From Candidatus Thorarchaeota archaeon (GTDB taxonomy: Archaea > Asgardarchaeota > Thorarchaeia > Thorarchaeales > Thorarchaeaceae): 32,000 nucleotides of DNA. Both the position numbers and the translations under genes were made by a program. This document shows positions 18,872-28,118 of this stretch, one piece after another. The notes under the pieces are model-generated. The model made no database searches. It saw only the letters and a list, made by a program, of their open reading frames with translations, and had not been told where the DNA came from. Location: positions 330,001 to 362,000 of the forward strand of contig SHMX01000001.1 in assembly GCA_008080745.1 (NCBI GenBank), written 5' to 3'. Numbering within the stretch: the stretch's first letter is position 1; each line of letters starts with the position of its first letter.

Positions 18872-19564
18872 TCAGAGGCTTTTTCTAGCATTTTCCTTCA
18901 TAAAACGAATAATTTCAGACTTGACCAATGAAACTACTTCTTTCAAGGGAAAGGTTGCATCGATGACAAAGTAATTCCCCCAGTCACTCTTTACCATCTC
19001 TAAGTAAGCCTTGCGTACTTCTACCAATCTATCATGTTTCTCAAATTGCTGATTTGTTTCACAGCCTCTACCAGTTACTCTACAGAGACCCTCTTCTGCA
19101 GAGATATCCAAGATGAATACGATATCGGGTTCTATAGCGGCTATTCCTTCTCGGTTTTTTTTCAAAATCTCCGACCAGTGTAAACCTGTGCTAGTACTTT
19201 GATATGCGCCAGTAGCAAAAAAGTAACGATCCATCAGGACTATTTTCCCATCCTTTAAAGCTGGAATCAGTCGGTTCCGAATGTTCCAATCACGATCCTT
19301 AATGAATAAATCAAGCTCCTCAGATGGAGTGAGCTCTCCCATGGGAGATCTTCGGCGAATCTCTTTACCCCATTTGCTCTCATCCGTTGGCTCTCTAAGA
19401 ATAGCTACCTGAAAGCCCATTTCAGTTAGATTTTGAGCCACACTTCGGCAGACTGCCGTCTTTCCCGCCCCATCGATACCTTCAAGAACAAATAGATATC
19501 CAGGATAATCTTTTCCAGTCTTTTGAGCCACAAGAGTTCGCCTGCCAATGATTGTTCGATGCAT
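18872..19564 (-). CDS. tmk: Thymidylate kinase
   Basis: LFVLEGIDGAGKT, LREPT, LMDRYFFATGAYQ, PDIVFILDIS, QFEK, VIDA. The start may be a later GTG. Confidence 0.95.
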   Translation of the reverse strand: MHRTIIGRRTLVAQKTGKDYPGYLFVLEGIDGAGKTAVCRSVAQNLTEMGFQVAILREPTDESKWGKEIRRRSPMGELTPSEELDLFIKDRDWNIRNRLIPALKDGKIVLMDRYFFATGAYQSTSTGLHWSEILKKNREGIAAIEPDIVFILDISAEEGLCRVTGRGCETNQQFEKHDRLVEVRKAYLEMVKSDWGNYFVIDATFPLKEVVSLVKSEIIRFMKENARKSL

Positions 19565-19708
19565 AGATTTCCCCGTATTAGTCCTTCGGTCACACGAGTT
19601 GTCAGTATGACTGGTTAAAGTTTCATAACAAAATCACGCCCATCAAACAATATTTAAGCAACCATTGCGATTATAATAAGTGAGAGAGGACTTCAGGGGA
19701 CTGAAGAT

Positions 19709-19871
19709 TATAGATTATTGACATGACATCTGACGTGTTTAATCGTCTGGGCACCCCTCCCATGTAACAAACTGCGATAGCGACTTGCGTCAAACCGCGT
19801 TCGTTCGTTCTAATAGCCCTTTTTACGGGCTAGGTCCCCTTGCAGAGTTCTCTGCCCAGTTGATTCACGAT
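19709..19871 (-). ncRNA. Candidate structured RNA, copy 2 (unrecognised family)
   Basis: Minus strand: CUGGGCA/UGCCCAG and AUCGU/ACGAU closing stems; GCAGAG/CUCUGC and UAGCCC/GGGCUA hairpins; long stem capped by a GCAA tetraloop; motifs AAGGGGACC, UUAGAAC, UAAUCUAUA. TTTTAAAA TATA-like box near 19898-19905. Confidence 0.55.
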
Positions 19872-20024
19872 ATCGGATGCCATTGTTAGATTTCCGATTT
19901 TAAAATTATCAATGAATAAGATGAGACTATATCCAAAAATAGGAATTAACAAAGAAACTAATACCTAAGAAGGAATATATGCTGTCAGGTGCATAATCAA
20001 AGTAAATATCGGGACTTGTTCTGA

Positions 20025-22235
20025 ATGAAAGGGAATTCAAATTCTGATGACGTGTTATCAGAATCAGACCAAAAATTTAGAATTATACTAGAAGAAGCAC
20101 CGATTGGAATTATAACTTGTGATAAGATGGGATGGATTCAGAGCATTAACAAAGCCGCCCTTGAACTATTAGACTCGCCTTCAGAAAAACAAACAAAGAA
20201 AATAAATCTCCTTGAATTTAAGCCATTGAAAGATGTGGGGTTTTCTGAAGATCTTCATAGTTGTTTAACAACCGGAGAAATTGTGCTAAAAGAATCAACC
20301 TATACTTCAAAATGGGGGAAAACAGGTCAATATATGTACAAATTAGTCCCATTAGTGAGAAACGGGAAAGAAATAGAGGGTGCGATATGCATCATCGAAG
20401 ATATCACATCACTTCGCGAGTCCGAAACCAAAGTGGATTTGTATAGGAAGATAATGGAATACTCAAATGATGCTATTGCAATTTTAGATCCATATGGCAG
20501 ATATATTGAGCAAAACTCAACACACGAGTTGCTTTTGGGATTTTCAGATTCAGACTTGGAAGGTATGACTCCTGCGATACATCTGGGAGAGGACGTCTTT
20601 TCGACAGTCTTTCAGAAACTGGTTGAAACTGGACACTTCAGAGGAGATGTGATAAGCGAAAGAAAAGATGGAAAAATAATAGATATCGACCTTGCTGCTT
20701 TCACCATTCATGGAGAAGATAATAATCCACTATATTATGTTGGAGTGAAACGAAACATTACACCGCAAAAAGAAGCAATGCGAGCAGTAGAACAGAGTGA
20801 GGCACGTCTGGCAGAGGCACAACGTATAGCTAAGATAGGAAGTTGGGAATGGGATATTGTACAAAACAAAGAAATATGGTCTGATGAGGTCTATCGTATT
20901 TTCGGCCTCAACCCAGAAGGTTTCGCAGCTAACTATGAGGCGTTTCTAGAGGCGGTTCATCCTGATGATAGAGAAATAGTAAGAGAGTCAGTACAAGCAG
21001 CACTTTATGAACAGGAACCATATAGTCTCGATCACCGCATTATTCGCCCTGACGGATCAGTCAGATTTGTCCGAGAAGAGGGGGCCGTATACTTCGATGA
21101 TAAAAAAAATCCTGTCAGAATGGTTGGCACGATTCAAGATATTACTGAAAAGAAATTGATTGAGATGGACCTTGAAGAGAGCGAGGAGATTTATCGATTT
21201 CACTTTGAAAATGCCACCGATGTAATACTATCACTAGATTCAGAGGGCAAGATTCTCAAAATATCTCCCTCTGTGGAATATCATATTGGATATAAGCCAG
21301 AACAGCTTGTTAACAGATCTTTCCTTGAAATAGACATTATTGCACCAGAATATATTGATCAAGCGCTTAAGTATTATGAAGACATACTAAAAGGAGATGG
21401 CATAGTTAGAGGTGTGTTTGAGTTTGTTACCAAAAGTGGAGAACGTATCTTTGGTGAGATAAATGGAAGATCACTTCAGCATAAAGGAAAAACAGAAGCT
21501 GTTATTGTGATCCGAGATGTTACAAAGACCGTAAGAACTGAAAAACTCCTGAAGACAGCAAGAGATAGTGCACTTCTCTATCTTGATTTGATGGGGCATG
21601 ATCTGGCAAATCAATTACAAGCTATACTCAGCACAACATCACTATTAATGAACAACATTTACGATTTGAGAATGTTTATGCAACTGGAACAAGTTATGGA
21701 ATCGGTCGAGAAATGTGCCAACATAATTTCACGTATTAAATCAACAGAAGATATGATAACTGCCCCCTTAAGACCAAGGTCTCTTGTTAAAGCAGTCAAG
21801 GAATGTATAAGAGATATCCAAACTCGCAGTTCAGATATAAACATCCATTTTTCAAGTCCATTGAAGGATGCCTCAATCTTTGCAGATCAATATTTGGAAA
21901 TAATCATTCATAACATTTTGGAAAATGCCATCGGACACAATCCAAAAGATGAGAAACATGTGTGGATTGAACTAGTGGAAACTGAATACTACTACGATCT
22001 CTCTATCGCCGATAATGGCCCTGGATTATCATTAAGAGAGAAACAAGGATTATTCGACTTGGAACGCCGTTTTGGAGGAGTAGGAGTCCATCAAACCCGC
22101 CAGATAGTTGAGAAATATGGTGGCAGTGTAAAGATAGAAGATAGAATCTCAAGTAAACAAAATCAGGGACTAAAATTCATTCTTAGATTTCCAAAAAAAA
22201 GTAGGTCATCATACATACAAGGTCACCGAAAATAG
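20025..22235 (+). CDS. Cytoplasmic multi-PAS (four PAS/PAC) sensor histidine kinase
   Basis: Four PAS-like units (LEEAPIGI, MEYSNDAI, IGSWEWD...HPDD, FENATDVI); H-box LMGHDLANQL; N-box NILENAIGHN; G1 DNGPG; no TM segments. Confidence 0.92.
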   Translation: MKGNSNSDDVLSESDQKFRIILEEAPIGIITCDKMGWIQSINKAALELLDSPSEKQTKKINLLEFKPLKDVGFSEDLHSCLTTGEIVLKESTYTSKWGKTGQYMYKLVPLVRNGKEIEGAICIIEDITSLRESETKVDLYRKIMEYSNDAIAILDPYGRYIEQNSTHELLLGFSDSDLEGMTPAIHLGEDVFSTVFQKLVETGHFRGDVISERKDGKIIDIDLAAFTIHGEDNNPLYYVGVKRNITPQKEAMRAVEQSEARLAEAQRIAKIGSWEWDIVQNKEIWSDEVYRIFGLNPEGFAANYEAFLEAVHPDDREIVRESVQAALYEQEPYSLDHRIIRPDGSVRFVREEGAVYFDDKKNPVRMVGTIQDITEKKLIEMDLEESEEIYRFHFENATDVILSLDSEGKILKISPSVEYHIGYKPEQLVNRSFLEIDIIAPEYIDQALKYYEDILKGDGIVRGVFEFVTKSGERIFGEINGRSLQHKGKTEAVIVIRDVTKTVRTEKLLKTARDSALLYLDLMGHDLANQLQAILSTTSLLMNNIYDLRMFMQLEQVMESVEKCANIISRIKSTEDMITAPLRPRSLVKAVKECIRDIQTRSSDINIHFSSPLKDASIFADQYLEIIIHNILENAIGHNPKDEKHVWIELVETEYYYDLSIADNGPGLSLREKQGLFDLERRFGGVGVHQTRQIVEKYGGSVKIEDRISSKQNQGLKFILRFPKKSRSSYIQGHRK

Positions 22236-22376
22236 GGAGAAGTTAATCAACGGTAATTTAATGAATTAGATTAAGTAGTAAGTGACAATAATCAGTACGA
22301 ATGAAAGAGTTTCATTTAGTCAAGTTTAAGAGGCGATTGTTGTAGGATAGGTTATCCTATCCTAGAAGGTTTAACC

Positions 22377-22862
22377 GTGAAGATTTTGTCAGCTCTACTA
22401 ATTGTTATAATGTTTCTAAACCCATTATCAGCTGCGGATAATGAATCAGTGCTCGAATATATTCCAGCAGCCGAGGGTGTATCTTTGAGAATTGATTTCG
22501 ATAACGGGACAGTTAGGACATTCAATGACTTGTCAGCTGATACCGTACTAAATCTGACAGAGTCTGTCATATCAGTAGAATATGAATGGCAAGGAGATCT
22601 GGTATTCGTTACTGCAATTGGGGGAGTTGAAGAGAGTCCTCAGGAGGGATTGTGGTGGCAGTACTGGGTGAATGAAGAGCTAGGACCAGTAGCTGCAAAC
22701 AAATACATTCTTGATAATCAAGATGTAGTTGAATGGAAACTCTCACCGTATAACGCTCCAACCACAACTACAGAAGACCCATCACTCTATCTCAGTCTTT
22801 TACTTCTCGGAACAATTGGTATAGGATTTCTAATATTCATTTCAAAAAGGGGAAAATCATGA
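22377..22862 (+). CDS. DUF4430 (transcobalamin C-terminal-like) surface protein
   Basis: Signal peptide; GDLVFVTAIGG, WWQYWVN...AANKYILDNQDVVEW; C-terminal TM anchor. Confidence 0.8.
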   Translation: MKILSALLIVIMFLNPLSAADNESVLEYIPAAEGVSLRIDFDNGTVRTFNDLSADTVLNLTESVISVEYEWQGDLVFVTAIGGVEESPQEGLWWQYWVNEELGPVAANKYILDNQDVVEWKLSPYNAPTTTTEDPSLYLSLLLLGTIGIGFLIFISKRGKS

Positions 22863-23593
22863 ATATCCGTTTGATTTCGATAATTATCATAACAAGCATT
22901 ATTTTTTCAGGGACCGTATATGGCGCTGAAGAATATGGAATACCTCATCCAGACTTGATTAACAATCCAGAATTTGTTTGGGAGATATTAGACAGCCCGA
23001 ATACACCCTTCGACCTATTTTGGACTGGCACAACAGCATGGTACGCAGAAACAAGCAGTACAATGACGTTTAAAGTAAATCAGATTGCACAGGATGTACA
23101 GGGTCGATTCACTCTGGGAAATATCTCAGTAGTGGCAAATGATACTGATATTGCGAAAGAATTTGTGCTTGGTGTATGGGGACTGACATCATTTCTCCCA
23201 GGATTGATTATTGAGGTGGATGAAACCAGTCTATCAGAGCTAAACACAACAGCTTACGCATCTGCTGAAAGGGTTGCTGGAAATTATCTTAATGGTACTA
23301 TGACATCTAGTTATGAAACGCTTGTGATTAACGGGCAGACATATGAATGTATCACTTTCTCCTATATTCAAGACGAAACTAGTTTTGGTACCCCACAAGA
23401 AACCAAACTCTCCTATGATCTCGATACTGGTGTGATTGTCTATGCTAAGACCAGTTATTCATTTGGTATTCCATTTGTCTTAGAGTTTGAAATAAGGTCG
23501 ATAACTACTGCCAATGTGATGCTAATTCTAGGCATAAGCACAGGAGCAGTGATTTTACTGATAGGAATCGTGACAATATTCAGAAGGAAATAG
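22859..23593 (+). CDS. Secreted, C-terminally anchored hypothetical protein
   Basis: Signal peptide, beta-rich body (KLSYDLDTGVIV), C-terminal TM plus RRK; start overlaps the upstream stop. Confidence 0.8.
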   Translation: MNIRLISIIIITSIIFSGTVYGAEEYGIPHPDLINNPEFVWEILDSPNTPFDLFWTGTTAWYAETSSTMTFKVNQIAQDVQGRFTLGNISVVANDTDIAKEFVLGVWGLTSFLPGLIIEVDETSLSELNTTAYASAERVAGNYLNGTMTSSYETLVINGQTYECITFSYIQDETSFGTPQETKLSYDLDTGVIVYAKTSYSFGIPFVLEFEIRSITTANVMLILGISTGAVILLIGIVTIFRRK

Positions 23594-23602
23594 GTGTTTT
23601 GA

Positions 23603-24214
23603 ATGGAGACCCAGGAAACAAATCAAAGAATATCTCGAAGTAGATGGGTCTCCCTAACCTCAATCATGACTGCATTGGCACTAGTAGGAAATTATGTGTT
23701 AGTGGGAATACCAAATGTTGAGTTTGGGACCACTATCTTATTCGTCACGGGATATCTCTTCGGCTTCCATATGGCTGCCTGGAGTACCCTCATAATGTCG
23801 ATAATATATGGAAGTATAAACCCGTGGGGTGCCTTCATTCCTCCAATATGGATCACTCAGGTTGTGGGCTGGCTTTTTATTTCTGCATCTGGCTCAATAC
23901 TTGGAGAAAAAGAAAGATTCACGACCAAAAATAAAGAACGAATGATTGAGTTAGGACTAACTGGAGCATTTCTTACTTTATTCTTTGATCTCATTACCAA
24001 TGCAGGGTATGCATACGCATTCTCTATCCCATACTACATAACAATCCTATCAGGAATAGTTTTCATGGTTGTGCATGTTGTATCCAATTCGATCATATTT
24101 GCGTCAGCAGTGCCAATATTAGAAGATACCATACGACAACACATGACCGATTTAATCTGGTTTGATTCAAAAGACCTACCGGAACATAGTAGCGAAGAGT
24201 CAAAAGCAGGGTAG
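23603..24214 (+). CDS. ECF transporter S component (possibly cobalamin/CbrT-like)
   Basis: About six TM helices; IMTALAL, IPNVEFGTTILFVTGYLFG, HVVSN. Substrate inferred only from the DUF4430 neighbour. Confidence 0.8.
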   Translation: METQETNQRISRSRWVSLTSIMTALALVGNYVLVGIPNVEFGTTILFVTGYLFGFHMAAWSTLIMSIIYGSINPWGAFIPPIWITQVVGWLFISASGSILGEKERFTTKNKERMIELGLTGAFLTLFFDLITNAGYAYAFSIPYYITILSGIVFMVVHVVSNSIIFASAVPILEDTIRQHMTDLIWFDSKDLPEHSSEESKAG

Positions 24215-24241
24215 GTCTAAGGATAATGGAGAGTATACATC

Positions 24242-24877
24242 TTGTGGATTCATGAAGTTACTGAGGTTGCAGAACCCGCTGATGGAAGAGTAGCGCCATC
24301 CTTTAGGCCATATCATGTTGCAGTTGCATTGATTATGATTGGACGACAGCAGCCAATTGGAAGATATGAACTATGCAGTAACCTGTCTATTGGAGAGGGT
24401 AGTGCTCGTACCCTTCTCAAAAGACTCTCAGAGAATGATTTCATCACTCCAGAGGGAAAACAGGGACAAAAATTAACCAGAAAAGGACAAAATCTCTTTG
24501 AAGATATTGTTGAGGATGTTCCTTTTGGATTGTTCCTAGAAATCCCCAATCTAGTTGTTTATGAAAAGGCCTATGCTAACATCGTTAAAGGAAAGGCAGA
24601 TAGGGTCAAGGATGGTATTAGACAGAGAGACGAGGCCATCATTCAGGGAGGATATGGGAAAGCTGGAGCAACGACCCTGATTTTCACTGATGGAATGCTC
24701 GAAATGCCACCGGACCATTTCAAGGTGGTACTTGAATATGAAGCAGAAGCACTACTTATTCGAGAGAGTCTTAGACCAGAAAATGGAGATGTAATAGTTG
24801 TCGGGTCGAGTGATGAAGCAAATCTCGCCAGAGAAATCTCTATGGCGGCTGTAATGACGCTCTTCAGAGAGGATTAG
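24242..24877 (+). CDS. Archaeal HTH protein of the DUF4443/DUF2111 type
   Basis: PSFRPYHV, PIGRYEL...LSIGEGSARTLLKRL, GQKLTRKG, GIRQRDEAI...GAGATTL. Confidence 0.78.
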   Translation: MWIHEVTEVAEPADGRVAPSFRPYHVAVALIMIGRQQPIGRYELCSNLSIGEGSARTLLKRLSENDFITPEGKQGQKLTRKGQNLFEDIVEDVPFGLFLEIPNLVVYEKAYANIVKGKADRVKDGIRQRDEAIIQGGYGKAGATTLIFTDGMLEMPPDHFKVVLEYEAEALLIRESLRPENGDVIVVGSSDEANLAREISMAAVMTLFRED

Positions 24878-24880
24878 CAA

Positions 24881-25684
24881 ATGCAAATGGATCTGTTTGG
24901 AAACGTACCCCAGATTGTTATTGATGTCCACGAGACCAGTGGAAAACGGATGAATTCAGTCAAGTTGCTTATGGAGATGCTCAAGAAGGAGGAGATTCCG
25001 TTTACGGTGGAGAAAATACCAATAGGTGATGTTCTTGGTATGGAAGGAATTGCTATTGAGAGAAAAACCGTCAACGATCTCGTTAATACTCTCAAAGGAA
25101 GCAAGTCGGGAGTACCACGACTCACGAAACAGATGGATGCACTCTTAGAATACGAAAACCCCTACCTTCTGATCGAGAATATCTTAGCAATTCGGCGGAA
25201 CCCCCTGAAAGGTTGTGTGTATATTCCATTCAAATCAAACAAGACAAAGAGCAAACCCTTCTATGTAACGATGGAACGAGCAAGCTACATTCATCCTTCC
25301 GCGCTTGATGCCCTTATTGAAAGCATCAAAGAGAGAGGAATAGAAATTATTGAGGGGTATAATGCTCTTCACTCAGCAGGTCTACTCTATGGAATCCTAG
25401 TAGGCGATGGTGAGAAGAGAGAAACCAAGGGTAAACGACTCCCCACCATAAGAACACGAAAAGGATTGGACTCGATGGCTGATGAGCAGGAATTCTTCAT
25501 TGCAGGACTTCCTAGCGTAAATGTAGTTCGAGCAAGGGCTATTCTAGAGAAATTTGGTACCCCTTTTGACGCCATAACACAGCTGGATGAATGGACTCAA
25601 ATCTCCGGTATCGGACCAAAAACCGTTGCAGGGGCAAAAAAGGTGTTGTATACAAATTATCAAGCACCCGAAGAGAAAGATTAG
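24881..25684 (+). CDS. Short XPF/ERCC4 structure-specific endonuclease with tandem HhH
   Basis: IVIDVHE, PIGD, IERKTVNDL (ERKxxxD), C-terminal GLPSVN...ISGIGPKT; no helicase domain. Confidence 0.88.
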   Translation: MQMDLFGNVPQIVIDVHETSGKRMNSVKLLMEMLKKEEIPFTVEKIPIGDVLGMEGIAIERKTVNDLVNTLKGSKSGVPRLTKQMDALLEYENPYLLIENILAIRRNPLKGCVYIPFKSNKTKSKPFYVTMERASYIHPSALDALIESIKERGIEIIEGYNALHSAGLLYGILVGDGEKRETKGKRLPTIRTRKGLDSMADEQEFFIAGLPSVNVVRARAILEKFGTPFDAITQLDEWTQISGIGPKTVAGAKKVLYTNYQAPEEKD

Positions 25685-25761
25685 TATCACGTCCACCTCG
25701 ATAATCTTAAAAGGACTGACTATTCTATGGCCAGAGAATACCTTACTAAGGTGAATAGATT

Positions 25762-26850
25762 ATGGGTGACGTTCGCGTTGCAATAGCAGGACTAGGAAAT
25801 TGTGCCTCTGCGCTTATCCAAGGCGTACACTACTATCGAGATGCCAAAGCAAATGAGGAGATTCCAGGCCTTATGCACGTCGATTTCGGCGGGTATTTCC
25901 CAAAAGATTTGAAATTTGTCGCCGCCTTTGAGGCAAACTCTCGCAAGATTGGTCTGGACATAGCAGATGCTATATGGGTAGAACCAAACTGTTGTGAGAA
26001 GTTCGCTCCCGACGTTCCAAAGACTGGTGTGAAAGTGCTTCCTGGACCGATATCTGATGGTGTAGCACCACATATGCGTGAATCATTCTTTGCATATGAT
26101 GAAAGTGAGATTGAACCTGTTGATGTTGCTGAAGAGCTCAAAAGGGTAAATGCAGATGTTCTTGTTAGTTATCTACCCGTGGGAAGTGCAGATGGATCAA
26201 GAATTTACGCCCAAGCCGCCCTCGACGCAGATGTTGGTTTTATCAATGCGATTCCAGAATTTATCGTGTCAGACCCCGAAGACCCTATTGCAAAAGGCTT
26301 CGTTGAAAAGGGAATACCCTGTGCGGGTGATGACATCAAGAGCCAACTAGGAGCAACTATCCTCCATCGTGTGTTAGCTCAGTTGTTTGACAAGAGAGGT
26401 CTAATTCTCAAGAATACTTACCAATTGAACATTGGAGGAAACACGGACTTTGAAAATATGCAAGTTGAAGACCGATTATCCTCAAAGAGAGTGAGTAAGA
26501 CTGAAGCCGTAACAAGTTGTGTAGAATATGAATTACCCACTAAGATTGGGCCTAGTGATTATGTACCATTCCTTGAAGATAACAAGGTCTGTTACATAAG
26601 TATGCGATCAAGAGCTTTTGGAGACCTCCCCCTAGATCTTGACCTCAAACTCTCAGTACAAGACTCACCAAATAGTGCAGGGGTCATCATTGATGTTATT
26701 CGAGCGATTAAGATTGCACTAGACCGCGATATAGGTGGAGAACTCTCAAGCATCAGCTCATACAGTTTCAAACATCCACGTTATCAGATTGATGACTTTG
26801 AAGCAAGAAAACGAGTAGACGAATTTATTGAAGGAAAAAGAGAACGCTAG
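25762..26850 (+). CDS. ino1: myo-inositol-1-phosphate synthase
   Basis: IAGLGNCASALIQG, YLPVGS, GDDIKSQLGAT, YQLNIGGNTDF, SKRVSKTEAV, IGPSDYVP, DSPNSAG, SSYSFKHP. Confidence 0.96.
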   Translation: MGDVRVAIAGLGNCASALIQGVHYYRDAKANEEIPGLMHVDFGGYFPKDLKFVAAFEANSRKIGLDIADAIWVEPNCCEKFAPDVPKTGVKVLPGPISDGVAPHMRESFFAYDESEIEPVDVAEELKRVNADVLVSYLPVGSADGSRIYAQAALDADVGFINAIPEFIVSDPEDPIAKGFVEKGIPCAGDDIKSQLGATILHRVLAQLFDKRGLILKNTYQLNIGGNTDFENMQVEDRLSSKRVSKTEAVTSCVEYELPTKIGPSDYVPFLEDNKVCYISMRSRAFGDLPLDLDLKLSVQDSPNSAGVIIDVIRAIKIALDRDIGGELSSISSYSFKHPRYQIDDFEARKRVDEFIEGKRER

Positions 26851-26907
26851 TCACCGAAGTGACCAGCTTCTCGGTCAGTGTACACACACTGACATTCTAT
26901 TTCTTTT

Positions 26908-28044
26908 TTACAGTTTTGTGAAACTCTCTGCAGTCTTCTTGTCAAGACGTTTAATGACCTCAACAAGGAGGGTAACTGCATTCTCTACATCAGATAAATC
27001 AAGTAACGCATGATGAGAGTGTATATGACGTGTAGGTATGCCTATGAATAGAGAAGGTGCACCCATTCCAGTTATGTGGATAACACCAGCATCTGTTCCT
27101 CCAGATTTGAGAAAAGCAGGTTGATGTCTTACGCCTATCTCTTCAGCAATATCCATCACGAATTGTCTGAAGCGTGGATTTGGAATCATAGAGCCATCTC
27201 CAGCAGATATTGAAACACCCTTCCCCATTTTCTGGACAATACCCTCCGCACCAGGTACATCCCCAGATATGTCCACATCCAGAGAGAAACCAATATCAGG
27301 TTGAATCATCTGAGCTGATGTTCTAGCCCCTCTCAGTCCAACTTCTTCTTGAGTCGTGGATACCATGTAGAGAGTATTGGGATGCTCAATCTTTTCTTCT
27401 GATAAACGCCGGAGTACTTCAAGACCGATGAACACACCAATTCTGTCATCAAAGGCTTTTGATGCTGCAAGCTTGACCTTGCGGGTTTCCTCTTCACCAT
27501 TCCCATCGTCTTTCTTTTCCTTTCTGGTTCTCTCCATAGTTCTGAAGAAGGCATAAGGAACTGCAGGATCACCCACTCTAATGCCGAGGTCTTTGGCCTC
27601 CTTCTCAGAAGATGCTCCAATATCGATGTACATCTTATCCTTGGTAACCACCTTGCTGCGAGCCTCCGCGCTAAGAATATGGGGAGGCGGTGCACCAATG
27701 ATACCTATTATCTCTGCATCACCTTGAGAGGGATGAATAAGGACCTCTTGAGTTAGAAGAGTCTGATCCCACCAACCACCAAGCTGATGAAACTTAAGGA
27801 ATCCATTCTTTGTAATCTCTGTGATAACAAAACCAATCTCATCTATATGGCCAGCCAACATTATCTTTGGCCCTTTCGAACCGTGTTTGAAGACTACAGA
27901 ACCCATTCTATCATATTCTATGCTCTCTGCGTATTTTTTACCATACTCAAAAGCAACTTTCTGTGCCTCATGCTCGAAACCACTAGGGCCAAAAGCATTA
28001 CACAGTTTTTCTAGAAAATCAATATTCAATTTCGCATCAGCCAT
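26908..28044 (-). CDS. M42 family (TET/FrvX-like) aminopeptidase
   Basis: GPSGFE, LAGHIDEIG, GGWW, KAFDDRIG, TTQEEVGLRGA, DVD, GGTDAG, IPTRHIHS. Probable start ATG 28044 (ORF track begins at 28083). Confidence 0.95.
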   Translation of the reverse strand: MADAKLNIDFLEKLCNAFGPSGFEHEAQKVAFEYGKKYAESIEYDRMGSVVFKHGSKGPKIMLAGHIDEIGFVITEITKNGFLKFHQLGGWWDQTLLTQEVLIHPSQGDAEIIGIIGAPPPHILSAEARSKVVTKDKMYIDIGASSEKEAKDLGIRVGDPAVPYAFFRTMERTRKEKKDDGNGEEETRKVKLAASKAFDDRIGVFIGLEVLRRLSEEKIEHPNTLYMVSTTQEEVGLRGARTSAQMIQPDIGFSLDVDISGDVPGAEGIVQKMGKGVSISAGDGSMIPNPRFRQFVMDIAEEIGVRHQPAFLKSGGTDAGVIHITGMGAPSLFIGIPTRHIHSHHALLDLSDVENAVTLLVEVIKRLDKKTAESFTKL

Positions 28045-28118
28045 GATATGTCCATCCAATGCCGTATCTGATTGATGTTGCAAACGATTGAATAATTATG
28101 TCTAGCTATTTCCGCCAA

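Noticed and set aside
19681-19735. C/D box sRNA or hammerhead core (CUGA boxes, CUGAAGA)
   Set aside because: No proper RUGAUGA C box and no GAAA after stem II.
17100-19900. RNase P or SRP RNA in either structured region
   Set aside because: GAGGAAAGUCC-type and SRP helix-8 (CAGG-GGAA-AGCA) motifs are absent on both strands.
26850-26863. GTCAC-CGAA-GTGAC hairpin between ino1 and the M42 peptidase
   Set aside because: Only 5 bp; may be a terminator but too weak to call.
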